Assembly: GCA_013265495.1 (NCBI GenBank)
Contig: MU061578.1
Location: 815,308 to 879,307, forward strand
DNA length: 64,000 nucleotides
DNA from: Vicugna vicugna
Lineage: Eukaryota
Direction of reading: 5' to 3'
Made by a program: the position numbers and the translations under genes. Below, in pieces: positions 1 to 13,964 of this stretch (positions within the stretch are counted from its first letter, which is position 1; every line of letters begins with the position of its first letter). Below the pieces are notes generated by a model that was given only the letters and a program-made list of their open reading frames with translations, searched no databases and was not told the origin of the DNA.

Positions 1-689
1 ATCCCCACTAAAGCTGCCCCAAGGCTCTCACTTGTCACTCTGGTCACTCTCACGAGTTCCCTAAAATGAGAAGAGACTCAAGTCTTCCCTTCCAAGGCCG
101 GGCTCCCAGCCCGCCTGCCTGCACCGGCATCTGGATGCAGTGACGCCCTTCAGCTGGGCTGAGAAGTGCTCCACCAGCCACCTGAAGGGCCAGCAGCACT
201 CAGAGGATGAAAATTGCCCTGCAGGTTCCCCACCCACGTGGGTAAGCCTCTCAGAGAACTCCACTGAAGCTTATGTCAGAAGCACAGGGTGAAATTTCTA
301 AAGACAAATAAGTAAAATAATGGGAAAAATCTACAAAACCTACACAGGGTATGAAATACCTCAGATGTGTCTTTCTGAAAGGCAGGGACTACCTGGTTTG
401 CCATTACATTCCCCAAGGCGTATGTATGCCTGTCAAGGCTTAGTGGGAATTAATCATTGAAAAAAGAACTCTTGATTTATCTGTGTCTGATTTTTTAAAA
501 AGTCATGTTGGCTCTAAAGTGGGACTCAGCTGAATTGGAAATGCACCTCATCACCGCGTTTGGAAGATCAGAAGGTGGAACGTAAAAACCAAGCAAATGA
601 ATCCTGGCCCACCCACTCAGAGACTGGAGGCAATTGAGAAAAGAAAGGATGTTGGAGGTGCGAGCTGAATGGCCAGGGCACCATCCGTC

Positions 690-1400
690 TCAGAATCCTC
701 ACCCTGCTCTAGGACACTCAGTGTGCTCCAGCTCTGACCCCTCTGCTTCCTGCTGCTCCCCCCAACTTGTTCTTAGGCCTCTTTGGTCTCCCCTTAACAC
801 ATGCATCACGCTCCTCCTTAGTCTTTGCACCCATTTACCCTTCCCTTTGCCTGGACAGTTCTCTCCCCAGACACCCATGTGGCTTGCCCTCTCCCACCAG
901 TCAGGCTCCTGCCCAGATATCACCCATTGGAGAAGTCTGGCCCCATCATCTAAAACGGCTGCATCAGCATCTTTTCTTTTCATGCCCCAACCTTTTTTTC
1001 ATAGCACATATAACTGCTAGCCTTTATACTGTGTGCTTCTGTTAATTTCTACAGTCTGTCTTCTCCATCAGAGTGTACAGTCCGTGAGACCAGAGACCAC
1101 AGAACTTCCATTCACTGTTTTATCCCCACCCCCAGAGCAGTTTCTCAACAACAGAAATGTTGACATTTGTGGCTGGTTAATTCTCTGATGTGGGGACCGG
1201 CCGTGCTCTGTAAGACGTTCAGCAGCATCCCTGGCCTCCACCTGCTCTGTTACCAGTGGCCTACCCTTCAGTTGGGACAACCAAAAATATCTTCTGGGGT
1301 TCAAATGTCCCAGGGGGGACAAAATTACACCAACTCAAATCGCTGACCTAGAGCATGTGGTAAGTTCTCAGTAAGTATCTGTGGCATAAATGAATAGCCC
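690..1400 (+). mobile_element. LINE-2 3' fragment interrupted by MER20
   Basis: L2-like motifs (ctttgcacc...gcctggacagttctctcccc; 3' tail ...tcagtaagtatctgtggcataaatgaatag). Confidence 0.65.
1138..1345 (-). mobile_element. MER20 (hAT-Charlie) non-autonomous DNA transposon
   Basis: Matches the reverse complement of the MER20 consensus. The flanks ccccagag / acctagag resemble an 8-bp TSD. Confidence 0.85.
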
Positions 1401-2524
1401 TGGTTTTTACCGTGAGCGAGCTCCATGAATGCTAACGTCATGTCCCTGGGTCTAAGTTTGCATGTGCCTAAAATGATAATTGTATTTATCTGTCCTGGTC
1501 CCTTCACCGTGGATTCCTGAAATCAAGATCCCATGAATAAACAGGGGATAGTTATCATCCTTATTATTCATGGTCTTAATAACCATTAGCTTTGATTCTT
1601 TATTTGTCAGGCCCATGGATGCTGATGACTCTGAGATGCAGCCTCCTTATCATGCAGGAAAGGTTGCAGGACCATACATGGATGTGAAGTCCATTAATCT
1701 CAAGAGGTGGGTTTCCAGGTAGCTCTTGGCAGAGGTTCCCAAATAAGCTCATTAGAACAGCAAAGCCAGCTTCTGGCCCAGTTCGAAGGCCCTGTTAGGA
1801 GGCAGGACATGTGCTGTAGAATTTTTCCTAATAAACAAACTCCCCAGATATCGGCACAGGTTATAAATGTTAAGAAAACACCACCCGCACTTTAATCTCC
1901 TGAAGATCACTTAGCGCTTCCGCTAAGACCTTAATAAAGAACCGCAGGGCTCCCTCTGCTATAATCGTTCCTAATTCAGTGAATAGCTCTGAGCAACCCA
2001 AGGCTAATCCTAGTGAAATTGGATTTTGATATCGACCAATCCAGGGATGACTGTTGGAGAGAATACACATAGTTGTGTAGAAGTCTGCGCCTTGCAGATC
2101 CTGGCCCTGCCCCACGGTTTCCTCTCTCCCAGCCCAGGTAGGCTCTGTTGAGTTCACCTGTGTGCCATCTTCTGGGGATAACCAGGTATCCAGGAGTAGA
2201 AGCACAGGCAAAGGACTTTTGTAGCTGAGATATAACCCTGTTCCATCACTTACTAGTCCAGCTCCTTAAGTCTTTCCGAATCTTAGTCTCCTTGGCTGCA
2301 AGTAGGGATAAAAGATTTCCATCACAGAGTTGCTGGTGGTCCCAGGTTGCTGGAAACAACCTAGGTGACCACCACCAAGATGGATGAGTAAAATGTGGTG
2401 AAGAAGTCAGCAGAAATTTGAATTCAGAGAGAAATGAGAGATTTGGAAGCACAGTGTTGAGTCTGTGTATGGGGGGATGGACAATGATTATAAATCAACA
2501 AGAACTGTACCAAATTACATTTGA

Positions 2525-3045
2525 TGAAGGGGAACGAATGAGGCCACCCCAAAATATGCCTCTTTGGCATAATGATTATTTCTGAGAAACAGCAGACATA
2601 GGAGAAACTCTGAAAACAGAGTAGAAGTTACCTTTTTGTAAGAGACCTTTATAAGAGAAAGCTCCATTTGTAAGGGTGTCTCCCTCTAGCTCCCAGGAAG
2701 AGAAGGATGACTAAATGTCTAGAAACTTTTATCAATGGGAAGGTGACAACTTAAATCTGCATGACAACCATACCCTTGTTTACTAGGCTTTCCCTGATAA
2801 TCTCCTGTAACTGGCTCCCACACCAACATCTCTTTGTTTCTTTAGCTGGAGATGATATTTAAGGGGGTGGCTTGGACCATTTATGGGAGTTGTGCAGTTT
2901 TCCTGGTTATCTCTCATGTGCACAGGAGGCATACATGTTATTAAATTTCTATTTATTTTTCTCCGGTTACTCTGTCTTTTATTACAGGGGAGTCTCAACC
3001 AAGAACCTAGAAGGGTAAAGGCAAAATTATTTTTCTTCCCCTGCA
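2525..3045 (+). mobile_element. Solo ERV1 LTR, MER34-like
   Basis: TG...CA ends with inverted termini tgaagggga / tcccctgca. Diagnostic motifs gccaccccaaaatatgcctctttggcata and aagaacctagaagggtaaagg. Confidence 0.8.
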
Positions 3046-3119
3046 TGATGGAAATCAAAACACATATACTCACAACATGGCACTAGAAATAGTTCAAGGA
3101 CAGTGATCAAGCACTTTAG

Positions 3120-3578
3120 AGCAACCCTGTCCAATTAGATAAAATGGGAGCCACATACATAATTTTAAAATTTCCAGAAGCCACATGTCGAAAAAGTAAA
3201 AAGAAACATATGTTATTAATTTTAAGAATATATTTGTTTTAACCCCATGAGTAGAAATATTATATTAACATACAATGAATGTAAGCAATATTTTATGTTC
3301 TTTTTTTTTCCCCCTACTAAATCTTCTAAAACTGGTTTATAATTTGTATTTAGGACTCATCATCTCCATATGGACACTAACTTTTCATTGGATTCATCTG
3401 AGCTCTATTTAGGCTTTGAAAAATTGACAGTTGAATATCCAAGATTTTCAAAACATACCTAAATGGCTTCCAATAACTAAATTGAGTATCAGTGTTTCCA
3501 TTAAGTTGAAGTTGAGTCAAAATAAAAATCTAGTTCCTCAGTCACATCAGCCACATTGTAGGGGCTCAAAGGATACCC
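3120..3578 (-). mobile_element. hAT-Charlie element (MER33/Charlie1-like)
   Basis: Motifs ctgtccaat...gagccacatacataattttaaaatttc and ctagttcctcagtcacatcagccacat. Confidence 0.65.
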
Positions 3579-4052
3579 ATGGTTGGCAGAATAATGGCCC
3601 CTTCGAGTATTAATGTTCTAACCCCTGCAACCTGTAATTGTGTAACTTTCTATGACAAAGATGGAATTAAGGTTGCTAATCAGCTGACCTTAAATAGAAA
3701 AACGATGCTGGATTATCTAGTGGGCCCAATATAACTACAAGGGTCTTAAAAGTGGAGGTGGGAGGCAGAACAGTTAGTGAGAAGGACGTCACCTGCCACC
3801 CCTGGCTTTGAACTTGGAGGAGCAGATCGTGAGCTGGAAAGTGAGGGTGGCCTCTAAAAGTCAGAGAATGGAAGGGAAGGGATCCTACCCAGAGCCTACA
3901 GAAAAACAAAGTAATCCTGAAGACACCTTGATTTTAGCCTGGTGGGACCCATGCCAGACTTCTGACCCCAAACTGTAAAATAAACACATTTTTGTTGTCT
4001 AAATCACTGAGTTTGTGGTCATTCATTATGGTGGCAACAAAAAGACAATGCA
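3579..4052 (+). mobile_element. MaLR LTR, MLT1D-like
   Basis: Motifs ggcagaataatggcccc, gatggaattaaggttgctaatcagctgacct and gacaccttgattttagcc, plus an aataaa signal. Confidence 0.85.
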
Positions 4053-4869
4053 TTCCCTAATGAAAAAGCAGAGCTACAGAAGGTTCCCATCACTGCTGGA
4101 AGTTCTATTGGATGGCACTGCCTTAGAGCAATGGTGTCTTAGAGAGATGGGAGTAGAAATAGGCTTAAAAGGGAAGAAAGTAGGAAAAGAGAGAGAGAGA
4201 GAGAGAATGTCTTCCTTAAGGTACTGGTGATGGGATGCTTCAAAAGGAGAGATATGATTATTTGAGAGTCAGCTCTGTAGCTAAGCTTTAAATAAAAATA
4301 TTTTAAAAACATGAAATAAATGTAGGATGACAGTAACTTTCTCATGTGGTATTGTAAGAATTAGAGATAATGAACACCACAAATATAGGACTGTGCCTCC
4401 TCATGCAGTTGGTTCTACCAGTGGCAGCTGTCACATTTGTTGCTATCATTATCATTGTTATTATCTTTACTGGTGGTTATTATCTTCACCCTGTAGATGC
4501 ATGTTTCTTAACCTATTTCTGTGTTCATGGACAAGCTAAGGGCTTTATGAAAGCTATGGACCTACCCCCAAGGGGGAAAATGCACTTACACTTGAACTTC
4601 ACATACAATTTCAAGAAGATCACATGCATGGACATCCGTGGATCCTGGATAAGGACCACAGCTGTGAAAGTGCATCTGCCTACCCCCCATCCTGAGCTGA
4701 GACATTGGAAGCTGAGTAGTACCATCCACTGGTCACTTATAAGCCAGTGTGGAACTGCCTGAAGAATCTGAGATAAAGCATTGAAAATCAAACCTTGCTG
4801 AAGTCTTACTGTGAGCTGGGTGTCTTTCTAGGTGTTTTTACACCTTATCCCACTGACTTACCATAAGGC

Positions 4870-4965
4870 CACGAGGCTCAGAGAGGTTAAGTGACCTGTC
4901 CAAAGTCACACAGCTAGGAGATGGCAGAGCCAGAATTAAACCTAGGATATCTAACTCCACATCCT
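4870..4965 (-). mobile_element. MIR SINE
   Basis: Core gaggctcagagaggttaagtgacctgtccaaagtcacacagctag. Confidence 0.85.
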
Positions 4966-6647
4966 GGACTCTTTTCAGCCCTCCACAGCCTCTCAAGGTC
5001 AAGGTGAAGTGGCTTTGGGAAGTCCAAAGATAGCCCAGCCCTAGAAGGCAACTGCAAAGCATTCCTACAGAGGAAAAAAGATTCAATGAAGTTCTAACTG
5101 CCTGTGCTGTAGGTCTAGAGATGAGCTCTATGAATAGGGCCTTATCACAACCAACCAACAAAGCAAACAAAACCAGGCAGCTTAGACGCCTCCTCTGAGC
5201 TCCTAGACTCTTTGTATCCCCATCTGTTGAGACTTTATTAACCACAACTTAAAAAAAAATCAGTTTACTTATCTCTCTGTCCTCTACTAGAATATGAACA
5301 TCCAAAGATAAACACTATATCAAATGCACTTTTGAAGCCCTTTATGGTGTCATGCAGTAGGCACTCAGCAAATCTTAATGGCATCATTCCAGGAAACCTC
5401 TCTGGGTCCAGCTTCCTTCTCCAAGAGCATCCCCAACTCTGCCATGACGGTATCAAAATTCGACATCCAAGACATGACACTAATGCAGCACGATTCTACC
5501 CCCCCTGCCCCTCAGTCAGCCTATTGAATATTCAGCATCTTCCTCTCCCACAGACATCCTCCCCTCTATGCACAAAGCTCTTACCAGTGATAAATAAAAA
5601 GTGTACTTTTCAATAGCCAGCTGCTTCTCCTTTCTCCACCTATCAAGTTATTTCTCAGAGAGAAAAGCTTGTGAGTGTCTTCCAGGCATTATTTGATTAA
5701 GTTGACAATATTATGTGAGCGATGGTTGAGTACCCACTGCGATGTACTTGGGACCAAATTGATTTGTGTAACGAACACTTGCCCTGTCTCTCCTCGCAGC
5801 CTGAATAGCGGTCTTGATTTAGCCAGGACTGCCGGGCGCCAAGTGAATTTACAGGGTCCGCAGTCCCTCTCTCTCAATCTGGAGAGAATAGTGGGAGCGG
5901 AGCACGGACGGGCATAATTCAATACATTGTACTATAAGCTCAGAAAATAATATCACGGAGCTCTGCAATATACCTATTTGATTTGATTTGTAAACCTGAT
6001 AAAAAAGCAATCGAGAAAAGTTCAGGGGGAAAATATATATGTTCTAAGCAAAAATGTAACTATATTGAATGTGTGCAAAAGCCCAAAGAAAGGAGTCGGG
6101 GGTGGGGGTAGGAAATCATGCATACTAAATCAACTTCACACCCTTACGTTAGACAATATTGCGCATTCTCCATTTAAAATGAAGCAAGAGGGTGCAAAGG
6201 TATTTTCCATTAAGAATAATAACAATGGTAAGCCCAGGGAATGTGAATTAAAACCCCCATCTCGGGTTCTCCTGCAATCATACTTCAAAATGGGGCTTGT
6301 GCAGATTCACTCAGCTTCCTGCCTTTTCATTTTAGCTCTGTAGGCAAACAAATAAGTTAATCACAAGCTTTGGATGTCGTTCATGCCTCCTACCTAACGC
6401 AGCTGGGCTGATTCCACGGCCAGGTGACACAGGTTTAAGAAATACATCACGCATTTCTCTCAACTTGAATACATTCAATGCTCTGCCAGAATGATGAAAT
6501 TCCTTGGAAAGGAGAAGGGCTGGAGGATAGAGAAGGGCTGACTTCAAATTCCTTGGCCTTTTTTTTTCAGTCTTTGGAAGAAGAGGAAGAGTATGCAAGG
6601 GCCAAGCATTTAACACATCAGTCAAGGAGATGAGCTGCCAAGGTGTC

Positions 6648-6993
6648 TGTATTAGTCAGCTCCAGCTGCTGTAACAAAATATCACAGACTGGGTAGCTTA
6701 ACCGACAGACATTTGTTTCTCACAGTTCTGGAGGCTGGGAAGTCCACGATCAAGGTTTCTGGTGAGAGCCCTTTTCTTGGCTGGCCACCTCCTGGCTGTG
6801 TCCCCACTTGGTAGAGGAAGAGTGGTTTTGCTCAATTTCTCTTCTAAGGAGACTTATCCCATGGTGAGGCTCTCACCCTCACAATCTCATGCAACCCCAT
6901 TTACTTCCCAAAGTCCCCATCTCCAAAGACCATCACACTGGGGATTAGAGTTCCAACAGATGAGTTTGAGGGTACACAATTCAGTCCATGGCA
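6648..6993 (-). mobile_element. MaLR LTR, MLT1A-like
   Basis: tgtattagtc...tctcacagttctggaggctgggaagtcc...ccatcacactggggattag...cagtccatggca. Confidence 0.85.
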
Positions 6994-7304
6994 GTGTCTT
7001 TGAAGCAGAGTCTGCAAACACCTGGGAATAAGGAAAGATGTTTTGTCCTAAAGAGGGACAGGGGTTTCACTGGGCTTGAAAGGAGATGCTCTCTTATCCA
7101 ATCACTCAAAATGTACTTATGGAGCATCTATTTTATGTTAAGTCCCTGGGGACATAACAGATAGCTCTGGAGACTGGTGCTGCCTATGAGAGAGCAGCAG
7201 AGTAAGTCTATGAAAAGTGCTTTCTATTTCTCCATGTTCAATGTTCTGGATTTTAGTCCCAGGAACAAGGAATTGAAAATAACTACTACAAATAATAACA
7301 ATCA

Positions 7305-7555
7305 ACACGTATAGATTCTGGAACCAAACTCTCTGGGTTGGAATTCCAGCTCTACCACTTCCTAGCTGTGTGTCTTTGAGCAAGTTACTTAACCTCTCTG
7401 GGCCTCATTTCTTTCGTCTAGAAGATAGGCATATTATTAGCACCCAACCCGAAATGAGTCAATATCCATAAGTGCTTTTCCTGGCCCATAATTATTATGA
7501 TCAACATCTAGAACAGTGCTTGACACCTGGTAACTATTTAATAAAGACTGGTTGA
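7305..7555 (+). mobile_element. MIR SINE
   Basis: ccagctctaccacttcctagctgtgtg...caagttacttaacctctctgggcctca. Confidence 0.85.
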
Positions 7556-10500
7556 GTGATTAGCACTCTCTTAAGCTCACTGCATTACCTGATGACTCAG
7601 AGAGGAAGATTCTACTGTTTGTCCCCATTTTGTGATCAAGGAACTGAAGTTCAAAGGGCTAAGAGCTTCTCCAGGATGCTTAGTTAGTCCACAGCAGGCT
7701 ACCTGGCAGAATGGTGGGGGGCAATTTCCTGACTCAGATCCCTTAATGACGTCTGAAGACAATGCAACAGCTTTCCGGCCACTTGGTGATGAAAAACTCA
7801 GGCCAGTCTACTTTTTAAAGGCTCCAAAGTTGTTAAGATTCAAATCCTCTTCCTAGTGCTACAGACCTCTCCTGGTGGACCTGCATGCAGTAGCAGGGGG
7901 TGCTTTCTGCGTCTCTGCCCCTCCTGTTCCAGTACGTGGTGCTCTCTGTGCCAGGAGGTTCACCTCTGGGACCCTCTTCTTCCCATCTTAGGTCTTGCCC
8001 TTTTGGGCAAGGGGTTGGGAGAAGGAATGAAGGAGGCAGAGGGCATGCAATGAAACAAGACGCTTCTTGATGGTGAGAAACAAGTGTCTCTCTCCACTTC
8101 CTCACTCATTCTGCTGGAGCTCCTGTGCCCCTGGTGGCTTTGGTGGGTGTGGCAGAGCCTTAGACATCAGGATGCTCAGGTTACCTGGGGCAACGATCTG
8201 CCAGCCCCTGTCATCCTCCATCGTTGCCTAGAATCCTACTTCTTCAAGGTCAGTACTCAACATTCTGGACTCTCCTTGTAAATGGGGGGGGGGTCTCCTC
8301 CTTCAGCACTGGGCTTCCTGGACAGCCTCAGAATTCCTGCCCTGCCCTCCGAATTTCAGGCTCTTCCAAGAGCCAGAAGGACCATGGGGAACAGAGAGTG
8401 GGTACCCTGATGTGTTCTCCATGACAGTTCTTTCCCATGCATGTTTCCAACTATGCCAGCAAGCCTCTGCCTTTATAAATCCCCAGACAGGAAGCAGGCA
8501 TGAGTCTCTATGTTAATGACATCCCTATGCCCAACTAATTTGAGGAACTCGTCAAGTTCTCCCAGGAACTCTGCCACTTTCTCCTGCTTTGATGGCATCA
8601 TTAAGACGAGACTTTTTCTCTAGCCCAGCAAGCATCCAGCCTGAAAGAGGCAGCAGCACCCCTCCTCACCAGCACCCCCACCCTCCCTCTCCATGAATGA
8701 CTCTCTTGTAGCTTTCTCCGCATTCCACCTTAGCCACCTGGTTTTCTTTAATCCTCTGTCTCACTCAGAAATCAAGGCCAACTTAAACATCAATTTAAAA
8801 AGAAAAAAAAAGTTGATATTCTGTAATGAATCTCAAATCCACCTAGCTCTAAGATTTTTTCCCCCAATGGATTATATTATGCAAGATTTAATTTCAACAA
8901 ATGGCAAAACTATATACGATGCTCATTTTCCAGGCCTAAGAAAAACTGCTGAAAGCACAATTTGGTGGCAGAAAATGGGTGATGAATTTAAGACGGAACT
9001 GATCTCAGCTAAAATCCCTGGATTTTCCTTACTAATTACCTCTTTCTTTGTATAAATGCTTGGAACAAAGAGACGAGCACTCCGAAGGTTTTGTCCTAGG
9101 ACTACGGGGGTTTTCCCAGCGTACACTGAGACATGAGTAGATACCATTCTTTGTGAACTTTGATCTGTCTATTCACAGACATCTGACAAAGAATCTTGTC
9201 TCATAAAGTGTGTGATTTCTGTAAACTGACACAACTCTGTTACTTCTGAGTTCCAAAGCCTATTCACCAGTAGGCTAAGTTCTTCTGCACTGGTATATGA
9301 GAAGGGGTCTAAATATACGTTAGGAAATAGAAATACTAAGAAATAAACCCTGAAAGTAGAAATGCCTGCATCTCCCTTCTAGTCTGCTCTTTACCTAGAT
9401 GGACAGCAAACTTTTTCTTTAAGGTCCATTTAGTAAATAGTCTGATGTTGAGGACCATTCTGCCTGTGTTGGGCATGAAAAGAGCCATAGGCAATGTGAA
9501 GAAAGAAAAATGTCCATTGGCCCCGGGGTCCTCTCTCATCTAACTGCGACATTCATGGCTCTAATGAGAAGAGGGTGAGGCTTGAAGCAGTAAGATTTGG
9601 GTGGTAGATATGATGCTGTGTGACCCGGGGGCAAGTTTTTCACCTTCTCAGTCTGTATTTCTTGGTTTGTGACAGAAGAATGACAATACCAGCTTCCTCT
9701 TGGGTCAGAAAGAGAAACAAATGGGATTATGTCCCAGGAAGTGCTTTCACTATTTCAAGGTGTTGTGCATCCATAGTCAATGATTTCCATTCTTCTGGGT
9801 TGTTACTCTACATAAAAAGCAAGACTTCCCCACACAGCAGGTGAAAATGCGGAAACCAACGTGGCAACTAGGAGACTTTCAGGAAGTGGGGGGTCTTCAG
9901 CTCAGGAGACCTGGATTCAAGCCCACCTTTTGTCAGATTCTCACTATCTCTTTATGGCATGTTTCTGGGATGAAATTTACTGCACCTGAATAAAAGAAAG
10001 CATCGAATCTGGTGGGCTTCCAGGTACCTGTCAAGTCTAAAACTTCACCCACTCAGGGAGGGTGGGTGGGGTGTCTGAGGTAAGGGACGCTATCTTGGTT
10101 GGGGGTGGGGAGGTGGTTCTTGGTTACCCTTAGCAAAATGCAGACTTTGTGGTCTGAAAGGTGGACAGGTTTGCCTGTGGCTGGACAGGCAGAGAGAGCT
10201 GCATGGACTCAATCAGTCTATCTCCAGGTACAGTCTTCAGACCAGTCTTCAGCTTACTGAAAATGCAGAGTTCTGGGCCCCACCCTACAACTAACCTTCC
10301 ATAATTATGGACCCAAGGTAGATCATTTCAAGTAATCCTCACGGGTGACTCCAATGTATTCTCTCACCTTATCAGCCACTGTTTTACACCCTAGGGAGGC
10401 AACAATGTGAGTTTCTGTGTCTGGACTAAGAAGTGAAATGGGGCTGGAGCCTCCAATTCCCAGTTACCTGCCCGGGAACATGTTACTTTGCCCCTCTACA

Positions 10501-11696
10501 CCTCACCTCCCGGTAATGCATTCATTCAAAGCCTATCGGTGGACTACCTTCAGTGTGACTGGGTAAAGAACCAAAAGGTAGGGGAGGATGAAAACCGTAA
10601 TGCACACATAGTGCTTACCGAGCACTTAGGGCACTTTGTGAGCACCTAGTAAACATCAGTCCTGGAAATCAATTATTCTACTACCCTCCTGAACCACCTT
10701 CGAGAAAGAAAACCACCATTTAGAGGACACACCCCAAGCCCTGGAACGGATGTTTTGTGTGTATCAGGGTGTGCACACAGCTACTGGACTGCCCTTGACT
10801 GGGGAGAGGGATGCATGCATGCTTTCTCCTTGAATTAATAACTCTACCTAAAAAAAGAGACATATTTTTAAGGCAGATGGCGCAGGGGTACAATGGGGTG
10901 GGATGGAGGCTGGTGATGTTTCGAAGGGCTTCTCTACTGAAGTCAAGCAAGACTTCCTTATGGACCTCAGATGTGCTTAATTTTTTTCTTTTTTTTTTCT
11001 ATGAGGGTTTACGTGTATGTGCGTGTGTGTGTGTAAATATATATATATATTTCTCCATATATATATATATGGAGAAAAAAGGTGTATAATGTATACCTCA
11101 TAATACAATCACAAGGTTGAATTCCAAGGCAGATGGAACATTCTGATGGGGAGGCTCACCGCTGACTGATTATTTGATGCTTTTGATCTCTTACATTGAA
11201 TTTGAGATTACAAGCCTACTTTTCCATTCACCCCTGCCCTGCAGCTTCCCCGGCATTTTGTTATCTTTGTCTAAACCTTTCAGGAAAGGCCTCTGAACCT
11301 TCCTCCTTTGCTGACTGCAAGGGAAATAGGATTATTGCTTGTTCTTTCACTTGGCCCAACCATCCTTCATGGAAGGGTAGAATAATATAAAACTCTGGAA
11401 TATTTTCACGCACTTTTTTCAGAGGAATCTTTTAAGATGAGTAACAGTGGAGTTCATTTAGCATAACTGCCTATGAGCATCCGCTAAGAGCGTGAATCCC
11501 ATCTACACTTTTCAGATGCTTATCCTATTATATGTTACTTTCATACACTTACTTCAAACATGCTCTGAAAGAGGCTTATGGCACCGGCTGGGTAATTTGA
11601 GTGTGTACCGGGATCCCCTGGGGAGCTCCCTGGAAATGCAGGTTGCTGGGCTCCAGCCTTTCTTCCTCTGCTGATCCTGTCAGTCTGAGGCAAAGC

Positions 11697-12143
11697 CAAA
11701 GGATGCTGTAGCCTGCTCTTACGGACTTGCGAGAGCCGAGACTTTACTTGTCAGGGACACTGCGAGCCTGTTTTTAAACGCAACTTTTAAGAACAATTCA
11801 ATGACATAAACCACAATTAAATAAAATAAATACATGGAAAGGTAATAAGTATTCAAAAGGCATCACATCCTAATTCTTTTACTGCCATTTGCTATTACCT
11901 ATACACTCTTGAGGTTTTGTGCTGGTTTCTTACATCTGAATGGTGGCAATCCACATCACGGTTTGCTACTGCACGCATGTCTTTAGCCAACTCTGCGTTC
12001 AATGACAAGGCACTAGTAGCTTGAAATCGGCCATGGTGGGAGTGTTTACACCCTGGAAACTGGCAGCTGCTTCAGTCTCCTGAACCCCTCCTGTCCCCCC
12101 AGGGCCCTAAGCTGGCTGTTAAACACTTACCAGCACATCACTG
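11697..12143 (+). mobile_element. MER63B-like hAT-Blackjack element, nested in a MER5-like element (~11600-12230)
   Basis: gcgagagccg...gtagcttgaaatcggccatggtgggagtgtttacacc...gttaaacacttaccagcacatcactg. Confidence 0.8.
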
Positions 12144-13491
12144 GTTGGAGCCAGTAACATGCATTTGTAACAAGCATACGGGGCAATTCTAATAATAGTC
12201 TTCTGGACCACGGTTTCAGAAAATGCTGACAAGGATTTAGAAAAGCCAGTCCTTAAGAGAGCTGTATTCTGGTCATTTTGCCAGTTGCTTTAAAACTCTC
12301 CTTGGCAACATGGCAGTACCAAGTGTTGATCAAGGTCCAGCATCTAGGAGTGGAAATACCTGGGTTCCAGTCCTGGCCCCATGACTTATGTGTGCCATCC
12401 AGCAAACTAGCACGCCTCCACGAAACCCTGATCCCCTTAGCTGTAAAACGGGTTTTAAATAATCATTGTGCAGACTCACAATACACCATAAAAGAAGATG
12501 ATATTATTAGAATGTAGTGTCAAGTCTGACTCCTAATACTTGCTCAATAAATAATAAGTATTTGATGATGTTGCATTTTTAAAGGAGGAATGTAGGAGAA
12601 AGCTTGTGGAATGTGGAAATAGTTGATTAAACTAACTCAGTAATCTGAAACTAAGATTTTTTTTTCCTGGCGGGGGGAAAACTCTTAATGTCCATTTCAA
12701 ATTATTCATTTAAATAATTATATACAAATGCTAATATCATAATGTCCACATAGACCACTGTACACTGATTACATCACTCAGCCTCATGGCGCTTCTGTGA
12801 AGTGGGTGCTAAAGTTACGCCCATTTTATAGATGGGGAAACTACAGCTCAGGAGGAGGTCACCCCAGTGGTAGATAGAAGAATGGACCCTAGAACTAAGG
12901 CCTTAAGCTTCGGAGCCGGTGCCCTCCCCTGGATGGCACGTAGCCTTCTTGGGAATGAAACACCTCATTCCTAAGAGATTGTTGAAGCTGAAAACAAAAA
13001 TAAGCTCCTCACAGGGGAAACTGAAAGTAAATCTTCCACATTAGATTGTGAAATGTTCAATATATTCCAGAGTTATCTTTGATCTTTCAGAAAAATAATA
13101 TGATTCATATATTTATGAACCCAGGACAGAGGTTTGAATTCTACAAAGGAAACTGACTCCGTGAGTTATGCTGTCTCTAATCTCTGAGTACCACGATTTT
13201 AATAAACGGTGCGGAATGTACGTCATTTTGGCAGACAGTGTAAAGGAGACAGACGGGAGACAGTATCAGGAGATCCGGGTTTGAATCCTGGCTTTGAGCT
13301 TTGGCTGAAGAGCTGTGTGACCTTGGGCCAAGCTTGAGATGTCTCAGGGCCTCACACATGATGGTAAGGATACTTAAATATTAGGATTCTGCAAAACTAC
13401 GTATTTAGGTGCTTAGCCCAATGCTCTGGTTATCAAAGCAGTCAGCGGGTGCTCCTTTCTTATTTTAGTTTAGGATTTAATATTTACGGTC

Positions 13492-13961
13492 TGTTGGGGT
13501 GCAAAGCAGGCCACCCCAAGATATGCCACAATGTCATATTGATTATTTTGACTTAAAGTTACTTGAGAAACAGCCGGTGTAAGAAGAGAATTATGAGCCT
13601 CCTATGAAAGCAGGAAAGCATTCTCCCATGGGAAAGATGCACTCCCTGCATCAGGAGGGAGAGAGACTTCCTTATCGCCAGGGAGAGGGGATGCAGCGCC
13701 CAGGAGGCTGTGTGAACACACTCTGCTTGGATTCTCCACTAATCAGCACCCAAGCCCAAGTTTCGTTGTCTTGTCAGTTCCTCACAGATGTTGTTTCTTT
13801 GTCTAAAAAGTATGCAAAATCACTTCTTAGGTCCTGTAAGTCCATACGTACAAATTAAAATTTATTTTTCTCCCCCTCTGTTAATCTGTCTTGTGTCAAT
13901 TTAATTATTAGACCAGTCAAAAAACCTAGAAGCATAGGGGGAAATTTTTTCCTCCCTAACA
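13492..13961 (+). mobile_element. Solo ERV1 LTR, MER34/MER39-related
   Basis: Termini tgttgggg ... ccctaaca. It shares gccacccca-ratatgcc and aacctagaag motifs with the LTR at 2525. Confidence 0.75.
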
Positions 13962-13964
13962 GAT

